From NCBI GenBank assembly GCA_964016885.1, contig OZ024742.1:164796001-164860000 (forward strand): a DNA stretch of 64,000 nucleotides, in the 5' to 3' direction. Positions 22,701 through 38,300 of the stretch are shown piece after piece (within the stretch, counting starts at the first letter, position 1; every line of letters starts with the position of its first letter). The notes under the pieces are model-generated. The model saw only the letters and a program-made list of their open reading frames with translations. It searched no databases and was not told where the DNA came from. Origin of the DNA: Eledone cirrhosa (Eukaryota). A program made the position numbers and the translations under genes.

Positions 22701-25700
22701 CCTGATTTTTTTACAAATTATCTCCCCTTGGCTGGCTGGAAATTATCTACCCTTGGAGGCTGGAATTTATCTCCCCTTGGACGGCTAGAAATTACCTCGC
22801 CTTGGACGGCTGGAAAATATGTCTCCTTGGACGGCTGGAAATTATCTCCCCTTGGACGGCTGGAAATTATCTCCCCTTGGACGGCTGGAAATTATCTCCC
22901 CTTGGACGGCTAGATATTACCTCCCCTTGGACGGCTGGAAATTATCTCCCCTTGATTTTTTTTACAAATTATCTCCCCCTGATTTTTTTTTACAAATTAT
23001 CTCCCCCTGATTTTTTTTTACGAAGTATCTCCCCCTGATTTTTTTTTACAAATTATCTCCGCCTGATTTTTTTTTAAAAATTATCTCCCCTTGAACGGCT
23101 GGAAATTATCTCCCCTTGGACGGCTGGAAATTATCTCCCCTTGGACGGCTAGAAATTACCTCTCCTTGGACGGCTGAAAATTATCTCCCATTGGACGGCT
23201 GCAAATTATCTCCCCTTGATTTTTTAACAAATTATCTCCCCCTGATTTTTTTTTACAAATTATCTCCCCCTGATTTTTTTTTACAAATTATCTACGCCTA
23301 ATTTTTTTTACAAATTATCTCCCCCTGATTTTTTTTTACAAATTATTTCCCCCTGATTTTTTTACAAATTATCTGCCCCCTGATTTTTTTTACAATCTCC
23401 GCCTGATTTTTTTAAAAATTATCTTCCCTTGGCTGGCGGGAAATTATCTCCCCTTGGACGGCTGGAAATTATATCCCCTTGGAAGGATGGAAATTATCTC
23501 CCCTTGGACGGCTGGAAATTATCTCCCCTTGGACGGCTGGAAATTATCTCCCCTTGGACAGCTGGAAATTATCTGTCCTTGATTTTGTTTTTACAAATTA
23601 TCTCCCCCTGATTTTTTTTACAAATTATCTCCACCTGATTTTTTAAAAAATTATCTCCCCTTGGACGGCTGGAAATTATCTCCCCTTGATTTTTTTTACA
23701 AATTATCTCCCCCTGATTTTTTTTTACAAATTATCTCCCCCTGATTTTTTTTTACAAATTATCTCCCCCTGATTTTTTTTTACAAATTATCTCACCCTGA
23801 TTTTTTTTACAAATTATCTCTCCCTGATTTTTTTACAAATTATCTCCCCTTGGCTGGCTGGAAATTATCTCCCCTTGGAGGCTGGAATTTATCTCCCCTT
23901 GGACGGCTAGAAATTACCTCTCCTTGGACGGCTGGAAAATATGTCTCCTTGGACGGCTGGATATTATCTACCCGTGGACGGCTGGAAATTATCTCCCCTT
24001 GGACGGCTGGAAATTATCTCCTCTTGGACGGCTAGATATTACCTCCCCTTGGACGGCTGGAAATTATCTCCCCTTGATTTTTTTACAAATTATCTCCCCC
24101 TGATTTTTTTACAAATTATCTCCCCCTGATTTTTTTTACAAATTATCTCCGCCTAATTTTTTTAAATATTATCTTCCCTTGGCTGGCGGGAAATTATCTC
24201 CCCTTGGACGGCTGAAAATTATCTCCCCTTGGACGGCTGGAAATTATCTCCCCTTGATTTTTTTTACAAATTATCTCCCCCTGATTTTTTTTTACAAATT
24301 ATCTCCCCCTGATTTTTTTTACAAATTATCTCCCCCTGATTTTTTTACAAATTATCTCCCCTTGGCTGGCTGGAAATTATCTCCCCTTGGAGGCTGGAAT
24401 TTATCTCCCCTTGGACGGCTAGAAATTACCTCTCCTTGGAAGGCTGGAAAATATGTCCTTGGACGGCTGGATATTATCTACCCTTGGACGGCTGGAAATT
24501 ATCTCCCCTTGGACGGCTGGAAATTATCTCCCCTTGGACGGCTAGATATTACCTCCCCTTGGACGGCTGAAAATTATCTCCCCTTGGACGGCTGGAAATT
24601 ATCTCCCCTTGATTTTTTTTACAAATTATCTCCCCCTGATTATTTTTTACAAATTATCCCCTGATTTTTTTTTTACAAATTATCTCCCCCTGATTTTTTT
24701 TACAAATTATCTCCCCCTGATTTTTTTACAAATTATCTCCCCTTGGCTGGCTGGAAATTATCTCCCATTGGAGGCTGGAATTTATCTCCCCTTGGACGGT
24801 TAGAAATTACCTCCCCTTGGACGGCTGGAAAATATGTCTCCTTGGACGGCTGGAAATTATCGCCCCTTGGATGGCTGGAAATTATCTCCCCTTGGACGGC
24901 TGGAAATTATCTCTCATCGGACGGCTAGAAATTACCTCTCCTTGGACAGCTGAAAATTGTCTCCCCTTGGACGGCTGGAAATTATCTCCCCTTGATTTTT
25001 TTTACAAATTATCTCCCCCTGATTTTTTTTTACAAATTATCTCCCCCTGATTTTTTTTTTACAAATTATCTCCCCCTGATTTTTTTTTACAAATTATCTC
25101 CCCCTGATATTTTTTACAAATTATCTCCCCCTGATTTTTTTACAAATTATCTCCCCTTGGCTGGCTGGAAATTATCTCCCCTTGGAGGCTTGAATTTATC
25201 TCCCCTTGGACGGCTAGAAATTACCTCGCCTTGGACGGCTGGAAAATATGTCTCCTTGGACGGCTGGAAATTATCTCCCCTTGATTTTTTTTACAAATTA
25301 TCTCCCCCTGATTTTTTTTTACAAATTATCTCCCCCTGATTTTTTTTTACGAATTATCTCCCCCCGATTTTTTTTTACAAATTATCTCCGCCTGATTTTT
25401 TTTTAAAAATTATCTCCCCTTGAACGGCTGGAAATTATCTCCCCTTGGACGGCTGGAAATTATCTCCCCTTGGACGGCTAGAAATTACCTCTCCTTGGAC
25501 GGCTGAAAATTATCTCCCCTTGGACGGCTGCAAATTATCTCCCCTTGATTTTTTAACAAATTATCTCCCCCTGATTTTTTTTTACAAATTATCTCCCCCT
25601 GATTTTTTTTTACAAATTATCTCCCCCTGATTTTTTTTTACAAATTATCTCCCCCTGATTTTTTTTACAAATTATCTCCCCCTGATTTTTTTTACAATCT

Positions 25701-28700
25701 CCGCCTGATTTTTTAAAAAATTATCTTCCCTTGGCTGGCGGGAAATTATCTCCCCTTGGACGGCTGGAAATTATCTCCCCTTGGACGGCTGGAAATTATC
25801 TCCCCTTGGACAGCTGGAAATTATCTGCCCTTGATTTTGTTTTTACAAATTATCTCCCCCTGATTTTTTTTACAAATTATCTCCACCTGATTTTTTAAAA
25901 AATTATCTCCCCTTGGACGGCTGGAAATTATCTCCCCTTGATTTTTTTACAAATTATCTCCCCCTGATTTTTTTTACAAATTATCTCCCCCTGATTTTAT
26001 GTTACAAATTATCTCCCCCTGATTTATTTACAAATTATCTCCCCCTGATTTTTTTTACAAATTATCTCCGCCTGATTTTTTTAAATATTATCTTCCCTTG
26101 GCTGGCGGGAAATTATCTCCCCTTGGACGGCTGGAAATTATCTCCCCTTGATTTTTTTTACAAATTATCTCCCCCTGATTTTTTTTTACAAATTATCTCC
26201 CCCTGATTTTTTTTTACAAATTATCTCCCCCTGATTTTTTTTTACAAATTATCTCCCCCTGATTTTTTTTTACAAATCTCCCCCTGATTTTTTTATAAAT
26301 TATCTCCCCTTGGCTGGCTGGAAATTATCTCCCCTTGGAGGCTGGAATTTATCTCCCCTTGGACGGCTAGAAATTACCTCTCCTTGGATGGCTGGAAAAT
26401 ATGTCTCCTTGGACGGCTGGATATTATCTACCCTTGGACGGCTGGAAATTATCTCCCCTTGGACGGCTGGAAATTATCTCCCCTTGGACGGCTAGATATT
26501 ACCTCCCATTGGACGGCTGGAAATTATCTCCCCTTGATTTTTTTTACAAATTATCTCCCCCTGATTTTTTTTTACGAATTATCTCCCCCTGATTTTTTTT
26601 TACAAATTATCTCCGCCTGATTTTTTTTTTAAAATTATCTCCCCTTGAACGGCTGGAAATTATCTCCCCTTGGACGGCTGGAAATTATCTCCCCTTGGAC
26701 GGCTAGAAATTACCTCTCCTTGGACGGCTGAAAATTATCTCCCCTTGGACGGCTGCAAATTATCTCCCCTTGATTTTTTTAACAAATTATCTCCCCCTGA
26801 TTTTTTTTTACAAATTATCTCCCCCTGATTTTTTTTTACAAATTATCTACGCCTAATTTTTTTTACAAATTATCTCCCCCTGATTTTTTTTTACAAATTA
26901 TCTCCCCCTGATTTTTTTTACAAATTATCTCCCCCTGATTTTTTTTACAAATTATCTCCCCCTGATTTTTTTACAAATTATCTCCCCCCTGATTTTTTTT
27001 ACAATCTCCGCCTGATTTTTTTAAAAATTATCTTCCCTTGGCTGGCGGGAAATTATCTCCCCTTGGACGGCTGGAAATTATATCCCCTTGGAAGGATGGA
27101 AATTATCTCCCCTTGGACGGCTGGAAATTATCTCCCCTTGGACGGCTGGAAATTACCTCCCCTTGGACAGCTGGAAATTATCTGCCCTTGATTTTGTTTT
27201 TACAAATTATCTCCCCCTGATTTTTTTTACAAATTATCTCCACCTGATTTTTTAAAAAATTATCTCCCCTTGGACGGCTGGAAATTATCTCCCCTTGGAC
27301 GGCTGGAAATTATCTCCCCTTGATTTTTTTTACAAATTATCTCCCCCTGATTTTTTTTTACAAATTATCTCCCCCTGATTTTTTTTACAAATTATCTCCC
27401 CCTGATTTTTTTTTACAAATTATTTCCCCCTGATTTTTTTACAAATTATCTCCCCCCTGATTTTTTTTACAATCTCCGCCTGATTTTTTTAAAAATTATC
27501 TTCCCTTGGCTGGCGGGAAATTATCTCCCCTTGGACGGCTGGAAATTATATCCCCTTGGAAGGATGGAAATTATCTGCCCTTGATTTTGTTTTTACAAAT
27601 TATCTCCCCCTGATTTTTTTTACAAATTATCTCCACCTGATTTTTTAAAAAATTATCTCCCCTTGGACGGCTGGAAATTATCTCCCCTTGATTTTTTTTA
27701 CAAATTATCTCCCCCTGATTTTTTTTTACAAATTATCTCCCCCTGATTTTTTTTACAAATTATCTCCCCCTGATTTTTTTTTACAAATTATCTCACCCTG
27801 ATTTTTTTTACAAATTATCTCTCCCTGATTTTTTTACAAATTATCTCCCCTTGGCTGGCTGGAAATTATCTCCCCTTGGAGGCTGGAATTTATCTCCCCT
27901 TGGACGGCTAGAAATTACCTCTCCTTGGACGGCTGGAAAATATGTCTCCTTGGACGGCTGGATATTATCTACCCTTGGACGGCTGGAAATTATCTCCCCT
28001 TGGACGGCTGGAAATTATCTCCTCTTGGACGGCTAGATATTACCTCCCCTTGGACGGCTGGAAATTATCTCCCCTTGATTTTTTTACAAATTATCTCCCC
28101 CTGATTTTTTTACAAATTATCTCCCCCTGATTTTTTTTACAAATTATCTCCGCCTAATTTTTTTAAATATTATCTTCCCTTGGCTGGCGGGAAATTATCT
28201 CCCCTTGGACGGCTGAAAATTATCTCCCCTTGGACGGCTGGAAATTATCTCCCCTTGATTTTTTTTACAAATTATCTCCCCCTGATTTTTTTTTACAAAT
28301 TATCTCCCCCTGATTTTTTTTACAAATTATCTCCTCCTGATTTTTTTACAAATTATCTCCCCTTGGCTGGCTGGAAATTATCTCCCCTTGGAGGCTGGAA
28401 TTTATCTCCCCTTGGACGGCTAGAAATTACCTCTCCTTGGAAGGCTGGAAAATATGTCCTTGGACGGCTGGATATTATCTACCCTTGGACGGCTGGAAAT
28501 TATCTCCCCTTGGACGGCTGGAAATTATCTCCCCTTGGACGGCTAGATATTACCTCCCCTTGGACGGCTGAAAATTATCTCCCCTTGGACGGCTGGAAAT
28601 TATCTCCCCTTGATTTTTTTTACAAATTATCTCCCCCTGATTATTTTTTACAAATTATCCCCTGATTTTTTTTTTACAAATTATCTCCCCCTGATTTTTT

Positions 28701-31700
28701 TTACAAATTATCTCCCCCTGATTTTTTTACAAATTATCTCCCCTTGGCTGGCTGGAAATTATCTCCCATTGGAGGCTGGAATTTATCTCCCCTTGGACGG
28801 TTAGAAATTACCTCCCCTTGGACGGCTGGAAAATATGTCTCCTTGGACGGCTGGAAATTATCGCCCCTTGGACGGCTGGAAATTATCTCCCCTTGGACGG
28901 CTGGAAATTATCTCTCATCGGACGGCTAGAAATTACCTCTCCTTGGACAGCTGAAAATTATCTCCCCTTGGACGGCTGGAAATTATCTCCCCTTGATTTT
29001 TTTTACAAATTATCTCCCCCTGATTTTTTTTTACAAATTATCTCCCCCTGATTTTTTTTTACAAATTATCTCCCCCTGATTTTTTTTTACAAATTATCTC
29101 CCCCTGATATTTTTTACAATTTATCTCCCCCTGATTTTTTTACAAATTATCTCCCCTTGGCTGGCTGGAAATTATCTCCCCTTGGAGGCTGGAATTTATC
29201 TCCCCTTGGACGGCTAGAAATTACCTCGCCTTGGACGGCTGGAAAATATGTCTCCTTGGACGGCTGGAAATTATCTCCCCTTGGACGGCTGGAAATTATC
29301 TCCCCTTGGACAGCTGGAAATTATCTCCCCTTGGACGGCTAGATATTACCTCCCCTTGGACGGCTGGAAATTATCTCCCCTTGATTTTTTTTACAAATTA
29401 TCTCCCCCTGATTTTTTTTTACAAATTATCTCCCCCTGATTTTTTTTTACGAATTATCTCCCCCCGATTTTTTTTTACAAATTATCTCCGCCTGATTTTT
29501 TTTTAAAAATTATCTCCCCTTGAACGGCTGGAAATTATCTCCCCTTGGACGGCTGGAAATTATCTCCCCTTGGACGGCTAGAAATTACCTCTCCTTGGAC
29601 GGCTGAAAATTATCTCCCCTTGGACGGCTGCAAATTATCTCCCCTTGATTTTTTAACAAATTATCTCCCCCTGATTTTTTTTTACAAATTATCTCCCCCT
29701 GATTTTTTTTTACAAATTATCTCCCCCTGATTTTTTTTTACAAATTATCTCCCCCTGATTTTTTTACAAATTATCTCCCCCTGATTTTTTTTACAATCTC
29801 CGCCTGATTTTTTAAAAAATTATCTTCCCTTGGCTGGCGGGAAATTATCTCCCCTTGGACGGCTGGAAATTATCTCCCCTTGGACGGCTGGAAATTATCT
29901 CCCCTTGGACAGCTGGAAATTATCTGCCCTTGATTTTGTTTTTACAAATTATCTCCCCCTGATTTTTTTTACAAATTATCTCCACCTGATTTTTTAAAAA
30001 ATTATCTCCCCTTGGACGGCTGGAAATTATCTCCCCTTGATTTTTTTACAAATTATCTCCCCCTGATTTTTTTTACAAATTATCTCCCCCTGATTTTATG
30101 TTACAAATTATCTCCCCCTGATTTTTTTACAAATTATCTCCCCCTGATTTTTTTTACAAATTATCTCCGCCTGATTTTTTTAAATATTATCTTCCCTTGG
30201 CTGGCGGGAAATTATCTCCCCTTGGACGGCTGGAAATTATCTCCCCTTGATTTTTTTTACAAATTATCTCCCCCTGATTTTTTTTTACAAATTATCTCCC
30301 CCTGATTTTTTTTTACAAATTATCTCCCCCTGATTTTTTTTTACAAATTATCTCCCCCTGATTTTTTTTTACAAATCTCCCCCTGATTTTTTTATAAATT
30401 ATCTCCCCTTGGCTGGCTGGAAATTATCTCCCCTTGGAGGCTGGAATTTATCTCCCCTTGGACGGCTAGAAATTACCTCTCCTTGGATGGCTGGAAAATA
30501 TGTCTCCTTGGACGGCTGGATATTATCTACCCTTGGACGGCTGGAAATTATCTCCCCTTGGACGGCTGGAAATTATCTCCCCTTGGACGGCTAGATATTA
30601 CCTCCCATTGGACGGCTGGAAATTATCTCCCCTTGATTTTTTTTACAAATTATCTCCCCCTGATTTTTTTTTACGAATTATCTCCCCCTGATTTTTTTTT
30701 ACAAATTATCTCCGCCTGATTTTTTTTTAAAAATTATCTCCCCTTGAACGGCTGGAAATTATCTCCCCTTGGACGGCTGGAAATTATCTCCCCTTGGACG
30801 GCTAGAAATTACCTCTCCTTGGACGGCTGAAAATTATCTCCCCTTGGACGGCTGCAAATTATCTCCCCTTGATTTTTTTAACAAATTATCTCCCCCTGAT
30901 TTTTTTTTACAAATTATCTCCCCCTGATTTTTTTTACAAATTATCTACGCCTAATTTTTTTTACAAATTATCTCCCCCTGATTTTTTTTACAAATTATCT
31001 CCCCCTGATTTTTTTTACAAATTATCTCCCCTTGGCTGGCTGGAAATTATCTCCCCTTGGAGGCTGGAATTTATCTCCCCTTGGACGGTTAGAAATTACC
31101 TCTCCTTGGACTGCTGGAAAATATGTCTCCTTGGACGGCTGGAAATTATCTCCCCTTGGACGGCTGGAAATTATCTCCCCTTGGACGGCTGGAAATTATC
31201 TCTCCTCGGACGACTAGAAATTACCTCTCCTTGGACAGCTGAAAATTATCTCCCCTTGGACGGCTGGAAATTATCTCCCCTTGATTTTTTTTACAAATTA
31301 TCTCCCCCTGATTTATTTTACAAATTATCTCCCCCTGATTTTTTTTTACAAATTATCTCCCCCTGATTTTTTTTACAAATTATCTCCCCCTGATATTTTT
31401 TACAAATTATCTCCCCCTGATTTTTTTACAAATTATCTCCCCTTGGCTGGCTGGAAATTATCTACCCTTGGAGGCTGGAATTTATCTCCCCTTGGACGGC
31501 TAGAAATTACCTCGCCTTGGACGGCTGGAAAATATGTCTCCTTGGACGGCTGGAAATTATCTCCCCTTGGACGGCTGGAAATTATCTCCCCTTGGACGGC
31601 TGGAAATTATCTCCCCTTGGACGGCTAGATATTACCTCCCCTTGGACGGCTGGAAATTATCTCCCCTTGATTTTTTTTACAAATTATCTCCCCCTGATTT

Positions 31701-34700
31701 TTTTTTACAAATTATCTCCCCCTGATTTTTTTTTACGAAGTATCTCCCCCTGATTTTTTTTTACAAATTATCTCCGCCTGATTTTTTTTTAAAAATTATC
31801 TCCCCTTGAACGGCTGGAAATTATCTCCCCTTGGACGGCTGGAAATTATCTCCCCTTGGACGGCTAGAAATTACCTCTCCTTGGACGGCTGAAAATTATC
31901 TCCCATTGGACGGCTGCAAATTATCTCCCCTTGATTTTTTAACAAATTATCTCCCCCTGATTTTTTTTTACAAATTATCTCCCCCTGATTTTTTTTTACA
32001 AATTATCTACGCCTAATTTTTTTTACAAATTATCTCCCCCTGATTTTTTTTTACAAATTATCTCCCCCTGATTTTTTTTACAAATTATCTCCCCCTGATT
32101 TTTTTTTACAAATTATTTCCCCCTGATTTTTTTACAAATTATCTGCCCCCTGATTTTTTTTACAATCTCCGCCTGATTTTTTTAAAAATTATCTTCCCTT
32201 GGCTGGCGGGAAATTATCTCCCCTTGGACGGCTGGAAATTATATCCCCTTGGAAGGATGGAAATTATCTCCCCTTGGACGGCTGGAAATTATCTCCCCTT
32301 GGACGGCTGGAAATTATCTCCCCTTGGACAGCTGGAAATTATCTGTCCTTGATTTTGTTTTTACAAATTATCTCCCCCTGATTTTTTTTACAAATTATCT
32401 CCACCTGATTTTTTAAAAAATTATCTCCCCTTGGACGGCTGGAAATTATCTCCCCTTGATTTTTTTTACAAATTATCTCCCCCTGATTTTTTTTTACAAA
32501 TTATCTCCCCCTGATTTTTTTTTACAAATTATCTCCCCCTGATTTTTTTTTACAAATTATCTCACCCTGATTTTTTTTACAAATTATCTCTCCCTGATTT
32601 TTTTACAAATTATCTCCCCTTGGCTGGCTGGAAATTATCTCCCCTTGGAGGCTGGAATTTATCTCCCCTTGGACGGCTAGAAATTACCTCTCCTTGGACG
32701 GCTGGAAAATATGTCTCCTTGGACGGCTGGATATTATCTACCCGTGGACGGCTGGAAATTATCTCCCCTTGGACGGCTGGAAATTATCTCCTCTTGGACG
32801 GCTAGATATTACCTCCCCTTGGACGGCTGGAAATTATCTCCCCTTGATTTTTTTACAAATTATCTCCCCCTGATTTTTTTACAAATTATCTCCCCCTGAT
32901 TTTTTTTACAAATTATCTCCGCCTAATTTTTTTAAATATTATCTTCCCTTGGCTGGCGGGAAATTATCTCCCCTTGGACGGCTGAAAATTATCTCCCCTT
33001 GGACGGCTGGAAATTATCTCCCCTTGATTTTTTTTACAAATTATCTCCCCCTGATTTTTTTTTACAAATTATCTCCCCCTGATTTTTTTTACAAATTATC
33101 TCCCCCTGATTTTTTTACAAATTATCTCCCCTTGGCTGGCTGGAAATTATCTCCCCTTGGAGGCTGGAATTTATCTCCCCTTGGACGGCTAGAAATTACC
33201 TCTCCTTGGAAGGCTGGAAAATATGTCCTTGGACGGCTGGATATTATCTACCCTTGGACGGCTGGAAATTATCTCCCCTTGGACGGCTGGAAATTATCTC
33301 CCCTTGGACGGCTAGATATTACCTCCCCTTGGACGGCTGAAAATTATCTCCCCTTGGACGGCTGGAAATTATCTCCCCTTGATTTTTTTTACAAATTATC
33401 TCCCCCTGATTATTTTTTACAAATTATCCCCTGATTTTTTTTTTACAAATTATCTCCCCCTGATTTTTTTTACAAATTATCTCCCCCTGATTTTTTTACA
33501 AACTATCTCCCCTTGGCTGGCTGGAAATTATCTCCCATTGGAGGCTGGAATTTATCTCCCCTTGGACGGTTAGAAATTACCTCCCCTTGGACGGCTGGAA
33601 AATATGTCTCCTTGGACGGCTGGAAATTATCGCCCCTTGGATGGCTGGAAATTATCTCCCCTTGGACGGCTGGAAATTATCTCTCATCGGACGGCTAGAA
33701 ATTACCTCTCCTTGGACAGCTGAAAATTATCTCCCCTTGGACGGCTGGAAATTATCTCCCCTTGATTTTTTTTACAAATTATCTCCCCCTGATTTTTTTT
33801 TACAAATTATCTCCCCCTGATTTTTTTTTTACAAATTATCTCCCCCTGATTTTTTTTTACAAATTATCTCCCCCTGATATTTTTTACAAATTATCTCCCC
33901 CTGATTTTTTTACAAATTATCTCCCCTTGGCTGGCTGGAAATTATCTCCCCTTGGAGGCTTGAATTTATCTCCCCTTGGACGGCTAGAAATTACCTCGCC
34001 TTGGACGGCTGGAAAATATGTCTCCTTGGACGGCTGGAAATTATCTCCCCTTGATTTTTTTTACAAATTATCTCCCCCTGATTTTTTTTTACAAATTATC
34101 TCCCCCTGATTTTTTTTTACGAATTATCTCCCCCCGATTTTTTTTTACAAATTATCTCCGCCTGATTTTTTTTTAAAAATTATCTCCCCTTGAACGGCTG
34201 GAAATTATCTCCCCTTGGACGGCTGGAAATTATCTCCCCTTGGACGGCTAGAAATTACCTCTCCTTGGACGGCTGAAAATTATCTCCCCTTGGACGGCTG
34301 CAAATTATCTCCCCTTGATTTTTTAACAAATTATCTCCCCCTGATTTTTTTTTACAAATTATCTCCCCCTGATTTTTTTTTACAAATTATCTCCCCCTGA
34401 TTTTTTTTTACAAATTATCTCCCCCTGATTTTTTTTACAAATTATCTCCCCCTGATTTTTTTTACAATCTCCGCCTGATTTTTTAAAAAATTATCTTCCC
34501 TTGGCTGGCGGGAAATTATCTCCCCTTGGACGGCTGGAAATTATCTCCCCTTGGACGGCTGGAAATTATCTCCCCTTGGACAGCTGGAAATTATCTGCCC
34601 TTGATTTTGTTTTTACAAATTATCTCCCCCTGATTTTTTTTACAAATTATCTCCACCTGATTTTTTAAAAAATTATCTCCCCTTGGACGGCTGGAAATTA

Positions 34701-37700
34701 TCTCCCCTTGATTTTTTTACAAATTATCTCCCCCTGATTTTTTTTACAAATTATCTCCCCCTGATTTTATGTTACAAATTATCTCCCCCTGATTTATTTA
34801 CAAATTATCTCCCCCTGATTTTTTTTACAAATTATCTCCGCCTGATTTTTTTAAATATTATCTTCCCTTGGCTGGCGGGAAATTATCTCCCCTTGGACGG
34901 CTGGAAATTATCTCCCCTTGATTTTTTTTACAAATTATCTCCCCCTGATTTTTTTTTACAAATTATCTCCCCCTGATTTTTTTTTACAAATTATCTCCCC
35001 CTGATTTTTTACAAATTATCTCCCCCTGATTTTTTTTTACAAATCTCCCCCTGATTTTTTTATAAATTATCTCCCCTTGGCTGGCTGGAAATTATCTCCC
35101 CTTGGAGGCTGGAATTTATCTCCCCTTGGACGGCTAGAAATTACCTCTCCTTGGATGGCTGGAAAATATGTCTCCTTGGACGGCTGGATATTATCTACCC
35201 TTGGACGGCTGGAAATTATCTCCCCTTGGACGGCTGGAAATTATCTCCCCTTGGACGGCTAGATATTACCTCCCATTGGACGGCTGGAAATTATCTCCCC
35301 TTGATTTTTTTTACAAATTATCTCCCCCTGATTTTTTTTTACGAATTATCTCCCCCTGATTTTTTTTTACAAATTATCTCCGCCTGATTTTTTTTTTTAA
35401 ATTATCTCCCCTTGAACGGCTGGAAATTATCTCCCCTTGGACGGCTGGAAATTATCTCCCCTTGGACGGCTAGAAATTACCTCTCCTTGGACGGCTGAAA
35501 ATTATCTCCCCTTGGACGGCTGCAAATTATCTCCCCTTGATTTTTTTAACAAATTATCTCCCCCTGATTTTTTTTTACAAATTATCTCCCCCTGATTTTT
35601 TTTTACAAATTATCTACGCCTAATTTTTTTTACAAATTATCTCCCCCTGATTTTTTTTTACAAATTATCTCCCCCTGATTTTTTTTACAAATTATCTCCC
35701 CCTGATTTTTTTTACAAATTATCTCCCCCTGATTTTTTTACAAATTATCTCCCCCCTGATTTTTTTTACAATCTCCGCCTGATTTTTTTAAAAATTATCT
35801 TCCCTTGGCTGGCGGGAAATTATCTCCCCTTGGACGGCTGGAAATTATATCCCCTTGGAAGGATGGAAATTATCTCCCCTTGGACGGCTGGAAATTATCT
35901 CCCCTTGGACGGCTGGAAATTACCTCCCCTTGGACAGCTGGAAATTATCTGCCCTTGATTTTGTTTTTACAAATTATCTCCCCCTGATTTTTTTTACAAA
36001 TTATCTCCACCTGATTTTTTAAAAAATTATCTCCCCTTGGACGGCTGGAAATTATCTCCCCTTGGACGGCTGGAAATTATCTCCCCTTGATTTTTTTTAC
36101 AAATTATCTCCCCCTGATTTTTTTTTACAAATTATCTCCCCCTGATTTTTTTTACAAATTATCTCCCCCTGATTTTTTTTTACAAATTATTTCCCCCTGA
36201 TTTTTTTACAAATTATCTCCCCCCTGATTTTTTTTACAATCTCCGCCTGATTTTTTTAAAAATTATCTTCCCTTGGCTGGCGGGAAATTATCTCCCCTTG
36301 GACGGCTGGAAATTATATCCCCTTGGAAGGATGGAAATTATCTCCCCTTGGACGGCTGGAAATTATCTCCCCTTGGACGGCTGGAAATTATCTCCCCTTG
36401 GACAGCTGGAAATTATCTGCCCTTGATTTTGTTTTTACAAATTATCTCCCCCTGATTTTTTTTACAAATTATCTCCACCTGATTTTTTAAAAAATTATCT
36501 CCCCTTGGACGGCTGGAAATTATCTCCCCTTGATTTTTTTTACAAATTATCTCCCCCTGATTTTTTTTTACAAATTATCTGCCCCTGATTTTTTTTTACA
36601 AATTATCTCCCCCTGATTTTTTTTTACAAATTATCTCACCCTGATTTTTTTTACAAATTATCTCTCCCTGATTTTTTTACAAATTATCTCCCCTTGGCTG
36701 GCTGGAAATTATCTCCCCTTGGAGGCTGGAATTTATCTCCCCTTGGACGGCTAGAAATTACCTCTCCTTGGACGGCTGGAAAATATGTCTCCTTGGACGG
36801 CTGGATATTATCTACCCTTGGACGGCTGGAAATTATCTCCCCTTGGACGGCTGGAAATTATCTCCTCTTGGACGGCTAGATATTACCTCCCCTTGGACGG
36901 CTGGAAATTATCTCCCCTTGATTTTTTTACAAATTATCTCCCCCTGATTTTTTTACAAATTATCTCCCCCTGATTTTTTTTACAAATTATCTCCGCCTAA
37001 TTTTTTTAAATATTATCTTCCCTTGGCTGGCGGGAAATTATCTCCCCTTGGACGGCTGAAAATTATCTCCCCTTGGACGGCTGGAAATTATCTCCCCTTG
37101 ATTTTTTTTACAAATTATCTCCCCCTGATTTTTTTTTACAAATTATCTCCCCCTGATTTTTTTTACAAATTATCTCCCCCTGATTTTTTTACAAATTATC
37201 TCCCCTTGGCTGGCTGGAAATTATCTCCCCTTGGAGGCTGGAATTTATCTCCCCTTGGACGGCTAGAAATTACCTCTCCTTGGAAGGCTGGAAAATATGT
37301 CCTTGGACGGCTGGATATTATCTACCCTTGGACGGCTGGAAATTATCTCCCCTTGGACGGCTGGAAATTATCTCCCCTTGGACGGCTAGATATTACCTCC
37401 CCTTGGACGGCTGAAAATTATCTCCCCTTGGACGGCTGGAAATTATCTCCCCTTGATTTTTTTTACAAATTATCTCCCCCTGATTATTTTTTACAAATTA
37501 TCCCCTGATTTTTTTTTTACAAATTATCTCCCCCTGATTTTTTTTACAAATTATCTCCCCCTGATTTTTTTACAAATTATCTCCCCTTGGCTGGCTGGAA
37601 ATTATCTCCCATTGGAGGCTGGAATTTATCTCCCCTTGGACGGTTAGAAATTACCTCCCCTTGGACGGCTGGAAAATATGTCTCCTTGGACGGCTGGAAA

Positions 37701-38300
37701 TTATCGCCCCTTGGACGGCTGGAAATTATCTCCCCTTGGACGGCTGGAAATTATCTCTCATCGGACGGCTAGAAATTACCTCTCCTTGGACAGCTGAAAA
37801 TTATCTCCCCTTGGACGGCTGGAAATTATCTCCCCTTGATTTTTTTTACAAATTATCTCCCCCTGATTTTTTTTTACAAATTATCTCCCCCTGATTTTTT
37901 TTTACAAATTATCTCCCCCTGATATTTTTTACAAATTATCTCCCCCTGATTTTTTTACAAATTATCTCCCCTTGGCTGGCTGGAAATTATCTCCCCTTGG
38001 AGGCTGGAATTTATCTCCCCTTGGACGGCTAGAAATTACCTCGCCTTGGACGGCTGGAAAATATGTCTCCTTGGACGGCTGGAAATTATCTCCCCTTGGA
38101 CGGCTGGAAATTATCTCCCCTTGGACAGCTGGAAATTATCTCCCCTTGGACGGCTAGATATTACCTCCCCTTGGACGGCTGGAAATTATCTCCCCTTGAT
38201 TTTTTTTACAAATTATCTCCCCCTGATTTTTTTTTACAAATTATCTCCCCCTGATTTTTTTTTACGAATTATCTCCCCCCGATTTTTTTTTACAAATTAT
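13790..38300. repeat. HOR domain 2: about 2.8 copies of a ~8.7-kb unit made of alternating ~4.0 and ~4.7 kb subunits
   Basis: Offsets 14118/22802 (8684), 17522/26310 (8788), 20028/28744 (8716), 23850/32620 (8770), 28744/37587 (8843). The cassette carrying CTCCCATTGGAGGCTGG starts at 16040, 20028, 24743, 28744, 33513, 37587 (spacings 3988, 4715, 4001, 4769, 4074). Confidence 0.9.
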
